Assembly: GCA_034435975.1 (NCBI GenBank)
Contig: DAOTWD010000003.1
Coordinates: forward strand, 70,167-134,166
Direction of reading: 5' to 3'
Source of the DNA: Chloroflexaceae bacterium
Lineage (GTDB): Bacteria; Chloroflexota; Chloroflexia; Chloroflexales; Chloroflexaceae
DNA length: 64,000 nt
A model generated the notes under the pieces. The model ran no database searches and was not told the DNA's origin. It saw only the letters and a program-made list of their open reading frames with translations. Positions 18,586 through 27,612 of this stretch are shown piece after piece; positions within the stretch are counted from its first letter, which is position 1, and every line of letters begins with the position of its first letter. The position numbers were made by a program, and so were the translations under genes.

Positions 18586-19371
18586 ATGGATATAACAGGT
18601 CTTCTGCCTGAATTTGTGCTGATCCCGGCCAGATCATTTCTGATGGGCACGCCAGAGAGTGAGCTAAGTACCCTGGCGAGACGTTATGGCGGCACACGCG
18701 AAAGTTACCGTGAGGAGTCGCCCCAGCACACCGTAACGCTACCTGCCTTTGCTATGGCTCGCGTTCCTGTGACCAATGCTCTCTATGGCGCTTTTGTCGC
18801 TGCAACAGGTGCCCGGCCACCCCTCCACTGGCATGGCCCCATTCCACCCGGGGCATTACGCGATCATCCTGTGGTTAACGTAGATTGGCATGCTGCCCAG
18901 GCCTGTTGTAGCTGGCTCACCGATAGGCTGACCGCAATCGGGTATCGTCCCCTTCCCGCATATCTCGCAAACAGGCCAATGGTCTTGCGCTTGCCATCAG
19001 AGGCAGAATGGGAACACGCTGCCCGTGGTACGGATGGACGCACCTTTCCCTGGGGGAATACCTTTGACCTGCAATGTGCAAATACGCGTGAAACTGGACA
19101 GAAGACCGTGCCGGTTGCCAGCTATCCAGCGGGTGCCAGTCCTTATGGTATTCTGGATATGGCCGGGAATGTGTGGGAATGGACAGCCAGCCTCGATGCC
19201 CTCTATCCATATCACGCTGATGATGGCCGTGAACAACCTGAAGCTCCAGGACGGCGTATTTTGCGTGGTGGCTGCTATGCCAATCCGCAGGGATTTGCGC
19301 GGTGTGCCTGCCGCTTTCGTTTACTGCCCACCGTTTGTAATGAATTTATGGGGTTTCGTCTCGCATGCTAG
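18586..19371 (+). CDS. formylglycine-generating-enzyme (SUMF1/FGE-sulfatase) domain protein
   Basis: FVLIPARSFLMGTP..., HTVTLPAFAMARVPVTNALY, GNVWEWT and RGGCYANPQGFARCACRF motifs. The ATG at 18586 follows GAGGA. Confidence 0.8.
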   Translation: MDITGLLPEFVLIPARSFLMGTPESELSTLARRYGGTRESYREESPQHTVTLPAFAMARVPVTNALYGAFVAATGARPPLHWHGPIPPGALRDHPVVNVDWHAAQACCSWLTDRLTAIGYRPLPAYLANRPMVLRLPSEAEWEHAARGTDGRTFPWGNTFDLQCANTRETGQKTVPVASYPAGASPYGILDMAGNVWEWTASLDALYPYHADDGREQPEAPGRRILRGGCYANPQGFARCACRFRLLPTVCNEFMGFRLAC

Positions 19372-19637
19372 ATACGGTATAATAGAGCACACTTCCGAAC
19401 CAGGGACATGGAACCATAAGCCAGTGTCTGGTCATTCATACGAGGTACACGGTGCGATGCTCAGATAGCCTTTTCGCTTGCGACAGAGCAATACTTTTGC
19501 CGTTCTTTCAGATCCTCGCCTGTGGCGAGAATCCAGAAAAAGAGCGTCTCTTTAACGTTGCCGACGATGAAAAAAACGGTTTGTGGGGGTGACTGTGTAC
19601 TGTGGGTAATGACGGAGTAGACATAGCTGTGTTCAGC

Positions 19638-19755
19638 GTGTCCCCGTTCAGGTGGTACCTCCGCTGGAGAAGCACAGGGCTGCAGGCCCCGCAAAACCTT
19701 GAATTGAAGTTCCAGAAGGGGGGAACACCCTTCCACACCACCCCACCTCAATGGG
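19638..19755 (+). repeat. dispersed intergenic repeat, family B, copy 2
   Basis: See copy 1. A partial end-fragment in the opposite orientation sits at 19390-19411. Confidence 0.6.
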
Positions 19756-19821
19756 TACATCGGCGTTGTTGGGTTCACGATGGGAAACCGCTAATCAGAT
19801 TGCCCAGCTCAGGAGGGTGCT

Positions 19822-20292
19822 ATGGATGTAAAATATACTCGCTGGTTGCGTTCGTATGTCGGTCATCAACGGATCCTACAACTCCGTGCCTGTGGTTTTA
19901 TTCGTGACGATCAGGGAAACGTGCTGCTCTGTCGTCGTGCCGATGTGATGTTGTGGGATGTTCCAGGCGGCACGATTGAAATTGATGAGACTCCTTCGCA
20001 AGGGTTGATCCGTGAGGTTCAGGAGGAAACCGGGTTAACAGTTGCCGCGGAACGGTTGATCGGCGTGTATGGCGGCCATGCTTTTGCGTGGAGCTATCCA
20101 AATGGCGATCAGGTGCAAATTTTTGCTGTCTTTATGGCCGGGCGCATTCTGAGTGGCACGCTTGAGTCTCGCTGTGTAGAGAATGTGCAGGTAGCATTCT
20201 TTGCCCCAGACAATCTTCCGCCACTGCTGTCCCGCACTGCGCATATGCTCGAACATGCGTTTGCCGATCGTACGGAGGCCTTTTTTAACTAG
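19822..20292 (+). CDS. NUDIX hydrolase
   Basis: Nudix box GGTIEIDETPSQGLIREVQEETGL. Confidence 0.8.
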   Translation: MDVKYTRWLRSYVGHQRILQLRACGFIRDDQGNVLLCRRADVMLWDVPGGTIEIDETPSQGLIREVQEETGLTVAAERLIGVYGGHAFAWSYPNGDQVQIFAVFMAGRILSGTLESRCVENVQVAFFAPDNLPPLLSRTAHMLEHAFADRTEAFFN

Positions 20293-21431
20293 CTCCGCCA
20301 GGGGGTTGCGTTGGTTTCAGGGCTATATATCGGACGTTCTTGGCGTGCCAGCACATATTCCATCGGCGCTACCTGCCGAATGTAGCCCTTCAGCTCGAGC
20401 ATTGCCAGCGTTGCAGCGACGACCGCTGCCGGCATGTTACTGGTGCGACTCAATTGATCGGCATGTTGCGGCTCGGCCGATATGAGCGTGAGTAATGCCG
20501 CTTCCGTTGGATCTTCAGGCAGGGCCGCCGCAATCGCTTGTTGGTCACCGGCACCAGTCAGGTTGAGCGCATCGAGAATATCCTGACCACATGTGACCAG
20601 CCCTGCTCCAGTGCGGATCAGGCGATTGGTGCCAACGCTCTTGCTGCTCAAGATCGAGCCTGGTACAGCAAAAACATCTCGTCCCTGCTCTAGCGCGAAA
20701 TTGACCGTAATCAAGGCACCGCTTTTTTTCCCGGCCTCCACCACCAGTGTGCCCAGCGTCAATCCGCTGATAATGCGATTACGAGGTGGAAAGTTGGCTG
20801 GTGCTGGCGGAGTTTGCAGCGGGTATTCGCTCACCAGTGCTCCTTGCTCCAGGATGTATGGTATTAACCGTTGATTACGTTCAGGATAAGGTATATCAAT
20901 GCCGCAGCCAAGCACGGCAATTGTGCGGCCACCCGCTTCCAGCGCGGTGCTATGTGCAACAGCATCAATGCCCAGCGCGAATCCGCTCACGATAGTCACG
21001 CTATTGCGAGCAAGGTCAGTCACAATACGTCGCGTTGCCTCTTTCCCATACAAGGATGGATCGCGGGTGCCAACCACAGCGACCGACCACTCGTCGGCAC
21101 TGATCATGGCTCCGCGCACGTAGAGTAGCGGTGGTGGAGCCGGAATCTGGGCCAGGAGCGAGGGATACGTCGCATCCTCAATTGTCACAAGTTGCACACC
21201 GGCTGTGACGGTACGTTCAAATTCTGCTTCCAGATCCAGGGTGCGCTGCGCCTCACGTAAGGCGGCACTCACTTTACTATCAATACCAGCCGCAAGCATG
21301 TCCAGGTCATCAGCATGCCAGGCAGCCTCAACCGAACCGCAACGGTTAATCAACTGTGCCAGGCGCATCGGGCCAATACCCGGCACCAGGTTGAAGCCCA
21401 GATAGTAGTGGGTGGGAGTGAATGATATCAT
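20289..21431 (-). CDS. dprA: DNA-processing protein DprA (Smf)
   Basis: N-terminal SAM/HhH-like region (LVPGIGPMRLAQLI), Rossmann core GFALGIDAVAHSTALEAGGRTIAVLGCGIDIPYPERN, and a C-terminal winged helix. Confidence 0.9.
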   Translation of the reverse strand: MISFTPTHYYLGFNLVPGIGPMRLAQLINRCGSVEAAWHADDLDMLAAGIDSKVSAALREAQRTLDLEAEFERTVTAGVQLVTIEDATYPSLLAQIPAPPPLLYVRGAMISADEWSVAVVGTRDPSLYGKEATRRIVTDLARNSVTIVSGFALGIDAVAHSTALEAGGRTIAVLGCGIDIPYPERNQRLIPYILEQGALVSEYPLQTPPAPANFPPRNRIISGLTLGTLVVEAGKKSGALITVNFALEQGRDVFAVPGSILSSKSVGTNRLIRTGAGLVTCGQDILDALNLTGAGDQQAIAAALPEDPTEAALLTLISAEPQHADQLSRTSNMPAAVVAATLAMLELKGYIRQVAPMEYVLARQERPIYSPETNATPWRS

Positions 21432-21620
21432 GCTGCACCTCTGAAAGGCATGGTACGCTCTTCTATTATAGCGTATATTAGCCCGAACTTACACGCAGAC
21501 GATCTATGTGCTACCGTGTAAGTTTATTAACAGGAGTGACACGGTGTCTAGGGGTTCTCTGTTCTCAGTCGTGTCTGCCGTCCATGAATACGACCGGTCA
21601 TAGACATAGAAAGCCGATCC

Positions 21621-22334
21621 ATGTCGCCAACGCAGTGCAAACCGTCGCCGGTCTATCGTGCCATCCTGTTTGACCTGGATGGCACACTGACTGACCCGGC
21701 TGAGGGTATCACCCGTAGCATCCAGTATGCCCTGGAGCGTCTGGGCTATCCGGTCCCGCCAGTGTCTAATCTTTACTCCTGGATCGGCCCATCGCTGCGC
21801 GAGTCCTTTGCGCACTATCTACACACGGACGACCCCCAGAAGGTAGAGCAGGCGATTATGTTGTACCGCGAGCGGTTTGCCAGGGTGGGTCTATTCGAAA
21901 ATATGGTCTATCCTGGTATTCCGGCGTTACTGGCCAATCTATGGAATGCAGGCTGTCGTCTCTTGCTGGCAACTTCCAAGCCGCAGGTCTATGCCAGGCG
22001 CATCCTGGAATACTTTGATCTGGCAATCTATTTTGCTGGGATTGGTGGCGCGACCCTTGATGGCCGCCTACACACGAAAGCGGACGTCATCGCCACATTG
22101 CTGCCACAGCTCAGGGCCGACGAGCGGTCAGCGATAGTGATGATTGGCGATCGAGAACAGGACATTATCGGGGCGCGCATGCACGGCATACCGGCCATTG
22201 CTGTCAGCTATGGCTACGGAAGCATGGCGGAGTTAACCGCCTGCACGCCGGACTGTGTGGTTGGCAGTGTGGCTGAACTGTGGGCTGTCCTTGTGCGTGG
22301 TACATCGGGCGATCATTATTGGTATGATACGTAA
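21621..22334 (+). CDS. HAD-superfamily hydrolase (phosphoglycolate phosphatase / 5'-nucleotidase-like)
   Basis: Motif I ILFDLDGTLTD, motif II LATSKP, motif IV MIGDREQDIIGA. Confidence 0.8.
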   Translation: MSPTQCKPSPVYRAILFDLDGTLTDPAEGITRSIQYALERLGYPVPPVSNLYSWIGPSLRESFAHYLHTDDPQKVEQAIMLYRERFARVGLFENMVYPGIPALLANLWNAGCRLLLATSKPQVYARRILEYFDLAIYFAGIGGATLDGRLHTKADVIATLLPQLRADERSAIVMIGDREQDIIGARMHGIPAIAVSYGYGSMAELTACTPDCVVGSVAELWAVLVRGTSGDHYWYDT

Positions 22335-22370
22335 TGTAGTGTGTAACGGTTCAGCCAGAAAGAAGAAGGA

Positions 22371-22922
22371 ATGTCTATACCGACGATTGATCAATACCCA
22401 ACCCGCTACCGCTTTCATTATTGCCCGCTTGACGGTACACCGCTGGAACGCAAGGTTATTCATGGCATGGAGCGACAGTACTGTCCTGCCTGTGGCTGGA
22501 TTCATTATCCCAATCCGAACATCGCCGCCACAGTGGTCATCGAGTACCAGGGCGGCATTGTCTTACTCAAGCGCAATATTGAGCCGGATCGGGGCACATG
22601 GCATCTGCCGATTGGTCATGCGGAGTTTGGCGAAGACCCGGCCGACGCGGCCCTGCGAGAGGTCTATGAAGAGACGGGCCTGATCCTGGCTGATCTCCAA
22701 TTTCTGGCCTATGAGCATAGTCCCTCCTACGGCGATGCCCGTCTGTTTTATCTTGTCTTCTGCTTTACCGGGCGCGCTATTGGCGGCACTCTGGTAACAG
22801 ATTGTGCCGAAAACAGTGAGGCTCAGGTATTGCCGCTGGATGATATACCACCACTGAAATGGAGTAGTCAACGCACCGCACTGGCTGCTTACCGCCAGTT
22901 GTTACACAAACGCGAGCGGTGA
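22371..22922 (+). CDS. NUDIX hydrolase with an N-terminal zinc-ribbon-like segment
   Basis: YCPLDG...YCPACGWIHYPNP, followed by Nudix box GHAEFGEDPADAALREVYEETGL. Confidence 0.8.
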   Translation: MSIPTIDQYPTRYRFHYCPLDGTPLERKVIHGMERQYCPACGWIHYPNPNIAATVVIEYQGGIVLLKRNIEPDRGTWHLPIGHAEFGEDPADAALREVYEETGLILADLQFLAYEHSPSYGDARLFYLVFCFTGRAIGGTLVTDCAENSEAQVLPLDDIPPLKWSSQRTALAAYRQLLHKRER

Positions 22923-23093
22923 TCTTCTGGCTGAGACCGTTCCCATTATGAACCACCCTTGTAAGATAGTGAGCGCCAGCCGGCCAACTTTTATCAGGAT
23001 CAGTACCATCAGGCTATTGTTCTGTTCAATGCCACGATTTATAATCAGCATGTGCTTATCTGGTTGTGTTCAGGCGCACAGGGAGTGAGAGTT

Positions 23094-23636
23094 ATGAGAC
23101 GACAAGATACAGGCCAATCTATTGTGGAGATGGCATTTGTGATGCCACTGCTGGTTGTTCTTGTGTTTGGCATTATTGACCTCGGCTGGTACATTTTTGG
23201 CTATGCAACCGTGTATCAGGCGGCACGCAATGGTGCCGAAACAGCTTCAAAGTTGCCGCCTTTCGCCGAGTGGATTGAAGCCAGGGGGATGGATAGTTCT
23301 GATCCTTGTATGAATACCATCAGAACCCAGGTGCAATCACAGGCACTTATTTTTTTTGATGATATCTGGGAACACACCACCGTCTCTTATCCGAATGGTG
23401 CAGCGTCGCGCAATCTCTTTGATCGCGGGCCAATCCAGGTAAGTATCAAGTATACGATCGAACCACTGACGCCGCTATGGGGATTTATTCCTTTTGGTAA
23501 TGATGGTAAATTAACGGTCAGTGTGACGACACGCCGCTCGCTGCAAGGCCTTGGTAATCGGCCTGGTAGTCAGGGCGAAGTGACCGAGGATGATGCTATT
23601 CCCAATGGGATCGCCTGTATCCTGCCAGACAAGTAA
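23094..23636 (+). CDS. TadE-like (pseudopilin-type) pilus assembly protein
   Basis: N-terminus RRQDTGQSIVEMAFVMPLLVVLVFGIIDLGWY matches the TadE/Flp-type class III prepilin-like signal (G/xxxxE + hydrophobic helix). The ATG at 23094 follows GGGAG. Confidence 0.75.
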   Translation: MRRQDTGQSIVEMAFVMPLLVVLVFGIIDLGWYIFGYATVYQAARNGAETASKLPPFAEWIEARGMDSSDPCMNTIRTQVQSQALIFFDDIWEHTTVSYPNGAASRNLFDRGPIQVSIKYTIEPLTPLWGFIPFGNDGKLTVSVTTRRSLQGLGNRPGSQGEVTEDDAIPNGIACILPDK

Positions 23637-23647
23637 GAAAAGCGAGG

Positions 23648-24178
23648 ATGATCATGCGTAATCATAACCGAACAAAAGGCCAGGCACTCGTGGAATTTGC
23701 CCTGGCTTCAACGCTCATCTTTTTTCTGTTGGCGGCTGCAGTCGATCTAGGGTTAATGTTTTTTACGATGCAAGGCTTGCGGAATGCTGCACAGGAGGGG
23801 GCGTTCTTTGGCAGCTTCCCGGTGGTATATGGTGATGTTCCTGATAGGATCTGGATTAACGAGAAAGAGATTAGAGCGCGTGTGCGAAATGAGTCGGGAT
23901 CCAGCGGGATAGGGATTTATAACCTGACCACGTTATCCGATGATCAGATTAAGATCGAGCTGCTGAAAGATGACGATTTTGATGGGCGCGTATCGGGCGG
24001 CGATCCACCATGTACTGAACAAGATATGTATACGGCCAGGCACTGTTATATTCGAGTACAAGTCAGCTACGATTACAATATGTTTTTCCCGTTAGCCCCG
24101 GTGTTTGGTAATACCGTTACACTGCGTGCTGATTCTATTCTGAAAATTCGTAGTGATATGCTGATATTTCGTCAGTAG
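23648..24178 (+). CDS. TadE-like pilus assembly protein
   Basis: N-terminus NRTKGQALVEFALASTLIFFLLAAAVDLGLMF has the G/QALVEF processing-type motif. The start may be the ATG at 23654. Confidence 0.75.
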   Translation: MIMRNHNRTKGQALVEFALASTLIFFLLAAAVDLGLMFFTMQGLRNAAQEGAFFGSFPVVYGDVPDRIWINEKEIRARVRNESGSSGIGIYNLTTLSDDQIKIELLKDDDFDGRVSGGDPPCTEQDMYTARHCYIRVQVSYDYNMFFPLAPVFGNTVTLRADSILKIRSDMLIFRQ

Positions 24179-24441
24179 ATTTATTAATAACATTATATTG
24201 TTTTCTCTCGCTGGTAAGTACCTACTCTGGCTACGATCATACCCTCGGTTGATCAGTACCCGTTCCGGTGAGGTGGACAAGAGTCTTTCCCAACCTGGCG
24301 TTTCTATGGGAGGCATGGGACGTACCCTGCACTGGCGAAGGTTCCCTGGAACGGGTATGTTGAGCATATGCAGCATTGAGTCGCTCACAGTTGTATTGCG
24401 CACATATAATCATCGGTCATAATAAACGGAGGAGGAATAGA

Positions 24442-27075
24442 ATGAAAGATCGTAAGCAGCAAAAGCCCACTCTGATGCGGCGACGTACTCGTGGTCAGAG
24501 TATCCCGCTTATTGCGCTTCTTATTGTGGTTTTGTTTGCAATGGTCGGGCTGGCGGTCGATGTTGGCAATACCTATGCGGAACAACGCAAAGCGGTCAAT
24601 GCTACCAATGCTGCCGCTATTGCGGGTATGGAGCGCTATATTGAGAGCAGCAGCGGCACCGTCCGTGATGCAGACATCAAACAGGCGGTTGAAGCGGCGC
24701 TGCGTGCAAATGGTATTAATCTGGATAGCGACAAGCTTCGGTATCGTGCATACTACTTACAAACTAATGGCGATCCTGTCAGTGGTTGCTCTGAGGTTGG
24801 TACATGTGGTGCCAATGCACCATTGAATGTAGGATATATTCAGGTAGAACTATCAGGTACGGTTGATACATTCTTTGCGCGTGTAGTCAATCAAGATACG
24901 TTGCCGGTCAGTACTGATGCTTTTGCTATGCGTTGTCCATATGGTAGCGGTGTGTATCCGATTGCTGTCAACCAGAATACGCTTCACAGTGATCTTTCTT
25001 TTCGTGATCCTAATCCCAGTGGATTACCCTACGATGATGAAGGGAATCTCATCTTTGGGTATCTGAAGCAGGGCGAGTTGCGAGGGTTGACATGGCGTCG
25101 GTTGTTTCTCCGCAACAGTGCGAACCGGAGTGACTTTGGTTGGGTGCGCTGGCTACCCGAGGGTGGTTCCGAAGAAAATCTCGTCACGATGTTGAGCGGT
25201 GATGGCAGCCTGGCACGAGGGTTTCAAGAAGTAACCTTTACCTCTGGTGGAGCGTCGCGCCGCCCGGTTGGCTGGCAAGAGCCGGCTGGCTATCCCGAAA
25301 AGCCGCAACAGCTCAGTGTCGGCGATGTCATTTATGGCAATGATCCGTTTGCGGGCAATAGTCGCGTTCAGAGCTTGCTCGATGGTCACAAGATCGATAA
25401 GAATAGCCCTACCCGCGGGACGGTGATGATCTTGCCCATCTTTGATAAGGCTACCATCTCCACTGACCGTGACGCCGGGTATCTGATCAGTGGGTTTGGC
25501 AATTTTATGGTGGCTGGTTATGGTCGTAATGGACTGGGTGATGATTATATTGACCTGATTGCGCTGGGGAATGTCGATCACTCCTCCGCCTGTCTGACAG
25601 CTCCGGTACAAACGGGGGTGATTGGTTTACAGGGTGATATTTCGTTCTTGCCACAGTGGCGAACGTCATCTCGAGATTACACCCCAATCCGGTTTGTAGT
25701 AGTTATGGACGTGTCTGGCTCTATGAACTGGAATTTTGATGGTACTGGTAGTGGTGGGAGACAGTGCGGGTATACCGACAAAGACAATGTTAATCAGGCT
25801 TTCTGTAATAGTGCTGAGTCGGCCTATGAAACGAAAGAAGAGCGGCGTATTTACGTAACACGTAAGTCACTGGAATACCTGATCAGTCTGCTGTATATTG
25901 AAGGCAATGATTCCGTCGATCCCAATCAGGTAGGCCGACCGTATGACCAGATGGCTATCCTGACATATAATGATGAATTCATCAATGGTGGAACTGCTTT
26001 TCAAAGACGAGATTTTCCCACTGTTTCAATGACAGAGTTCTCGAGTGATAAAGAAACGCTGATCAAGTATGCCCGTGAATCAGGAGCTTTTCGTAACTGG
26101 CAAAACTACCTTACAAGAGGTGGTACGAATACCGCTGCCGGCTTGTATGAAGCCAATCGGCTCTTGTCTGGCAATAACCGGGTGACCCATAACGGACGTA
26201 CATATGACTATAAGACTGTGATCATTCTGATCACTGATGGTGTCGCCAACGTGTTGTTTGATCCTGACCATCCTACTCGCGCCGGATTTAATAACAACAT
26301 GCACGATTTCTTTCCGACAGGATCTGAATGTCGTTGTCACGCGCTTCCGCCAGCCTATCAGGCACCGGCTGGTTGTGAGCGGGCGTTGAACATTGACGAG
26401 AAAGCAGATTGTCATATCAACAGCAAAGTGGGGGTATCACCGCCTGCTGGCAGAGTCCATGCAGATGGCAAAGTTACATCGAATCGCCTGAGCCCTTTGA
26501 CCGGTACCAGGGTATTTAATCGGCCCATTACAGAAATGATCGAACAGGCCAGCCTGATCAAGGGGAACGGGCATGAGATATTTGTAGTGGCAATATCTCA
26601 ATTTGAATCACTCGGTTTAAGCAATGTAGCATCAGGATCGCAGAACTATATATCCGTCAGGCACGCGGATCAACTCGATGGGGCGTTCAAGGATATCTTT
26701 GATCGATCCTTTTCAAACATGTGTATTCCTAATAGTATGCATGGTATGCAAGACAGGATACCCCCCGGTGGTGTATTCCACGGTGGAAGAGTCTATCTCG
26801 ACCCGGTTCCTTCAGAGAAATATAGGAATGGAACGGCCATTCAGCACGATACGATAACAGGCAAACTTTCTTATCGGTTTGATGACATTCCGCCCGGCCA
26901 GTATGCTGTCACCGCAGAGTTGTATTATACGCATCCAGATGATGAAGATACAACTCCGCGTAAGTATGTGATCCATGATGCGCTTAACGTCACCCTCAAG
27001 GAAACAAAGAACTTTGGGTATCAGGAACAGGATATTCAAATGGATCTGGCAGATCCCCTATGTCCTGAACTATAA
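24442..27075 (+). CDS. giant TadG-like protein with a von Willebrand factor A domain
   Basis: TadG-type N-terminus (RGQSIPLIALLIVVLFAMVGLAVDVGNTYAEQRKAVNATNAAAIAG). vWA MIDAS motif VVVMDVSGSMNW, with later TRGGTNTAAGL and ILITDGVAN. The ATG at 24442 follows GGAGGAGG. Confidence 0.8.
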   Translation: MKDRKQQKPTLMRRRTRGQSIPLIALLIVVLFAMVGLAVDVGNTYAEQRKAVNATNAAAIAGMERYIESSSGTVRDADIKQAVEAALRANGINLDSDKLRYRAYYLQTNGDPVSGCSEVGTCGANAPLNVGYIQVELSGTVDTFFARVVNQDTLPVSTDAFAMRCPYGSGVYPIAVNQNTLHSDLSFRDPNPSGLPYDDEGNLIFGYLKQGELRGLTWRRLFLRNSANRSDFGWVRWLPEGGSEENLVTMLSGDGSLARGFQEVTFTSGGASRRPVGWQEPAGYPEKPQQLSVGDVIYGNDPFAGNSRVQSLLDGHKIDKNSPTRGTVMILPIFDKATISTDRDAGYLISGFGNFMVAGYGRNGLGDDYIDLIALGNVDHSSACLTAPVQTGVIGLQGDISFLPQWRTSSRDYTPIRFVVVMDVSGSMNWNFDGTGSGGRQCGYTDKDNVNQAFCNSAESAYETKEERRIYVTRKSLEYLISLLYIEGNDSVDPNQVGRPYDQMAILTYNDEFINGGTAFQRRDFPTVSMTEFSSDKETLIKYARESGAFRNWQNYLTRGGTNTAAGLYEANRLLSGNNRVTHNGRTYDYKTVIILITDGVANVLFDPDHPTRAGFNNNMHDFFPTGSECRCHALPPAYQAPAGCERALNIDEKADCHINSKVGVSPPAGRVHADGKVTSNRLSPLTGTRVFNRPITEMIEQASLIKGNGHEIFVVAISQFESLGLSNVASGSQNYISVRHADQLDGAFKDIFDRSFSNMCIPNSMHGMQDRIPPGGVFHGGRVYLDPVPSEKYRNGTAIQHDTITGKLSYRFDDIPPGQYAVTAELYYTHPDDEDTTPRKYVIHDALNVTLKETKNFGYQEQDIQMDLADPLCPEL

Positions 27076-27163
27076 GACTCGGTGGTCAGGGGTCAGGGCC
27101 GATCAGGTTCTGTCCCGACTACACATTACTGCATGATATAGCAGTCCTGAGGAAGTCGTGTGC

Positions 27164-27224
27164 AACCGGAGTCCCGGCTTTCGCCTGGACAGAAGCCAGA
27201 ACCCAGGATAAAGCCGGGACTCTG
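27164..27224. repeat. dispersed hairpin repeat, family A, copy 2 (best-preserved)
   Basis: AACCGGAGTCCCGGCTTTCGCCTGGACAGAAGCCAGAACCCAGGATAAAGCCGGGACTCTG. The outer stem GGAGTCCCGGCTTT / AAAGCCGGGACTCT pairs along its whole 14-nt length (one G:U wobble, otherwise Watson-Crick), and the inner stem is CCTGG/CCAGG. Confidence 0.8.
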
Positions 27225-27612
27225 ATGTACAATGGAGAATGGGCTTGCTATATGTGGCGGAGTGTACCCGTAAACTGACAGGCAGCAGTTGTCAAAATGA
27301 CAACGCATGATACGTCAACCTGCGGGCAAGCCACATTTGCCAACCTTTAACCTCATATCACGCTCACAAACCGTTGGGTCTGTTAGTATGTGCTGCATGA
27401 CAGTGGTGCCTCTACAGCAAGAGCTATACCATAATGGGTGAGTAGCGTGTGGTCACTACCTGGCATAGCAACTCCCACAGGGCGAGTTGTGATACACACG
27501 ATTCTTAAAAGAGATGTACCTCCCAGCAGTTCTGGCTTCTTTCGACTTCCATCCTTAACAGGTGCAGGTTCGTTATAATGAAGCCGAACCGGGTATAACA
27601 CGGAGCTTTCCG

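Noticed and set aside
19461-19778. 105-aa ORF between the FGE-domain gene and the Nudix gene
   Set aside because: Most of it is encoded by family B repeat copy 2. It has no RBS and no motif, so I judge it repeat-derived rather than a gene.
22923-23093. Search for a Flp pilin gene here and in 30118-30657 and 31627-31880
   Set aside because: No small ORF with a basic leader, a G/xxxxE[YF] site and a hydrophobic helix was found, so no pilin feature is reported.
27164-27224. Family A repeat considered as a c-di-GMP-I (GEMM) riboswitch or tRNA-like element because of its AAAGCCGGG segment
   Set aside because: It lacks the GEMM two-hairpin architecture and the conserved GGCAAACC/GACGCAAAGCC context. 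It is nearly a simple palindrome and occurs in non-leader positions. It has no tRNA cloverleaf or T-loop.
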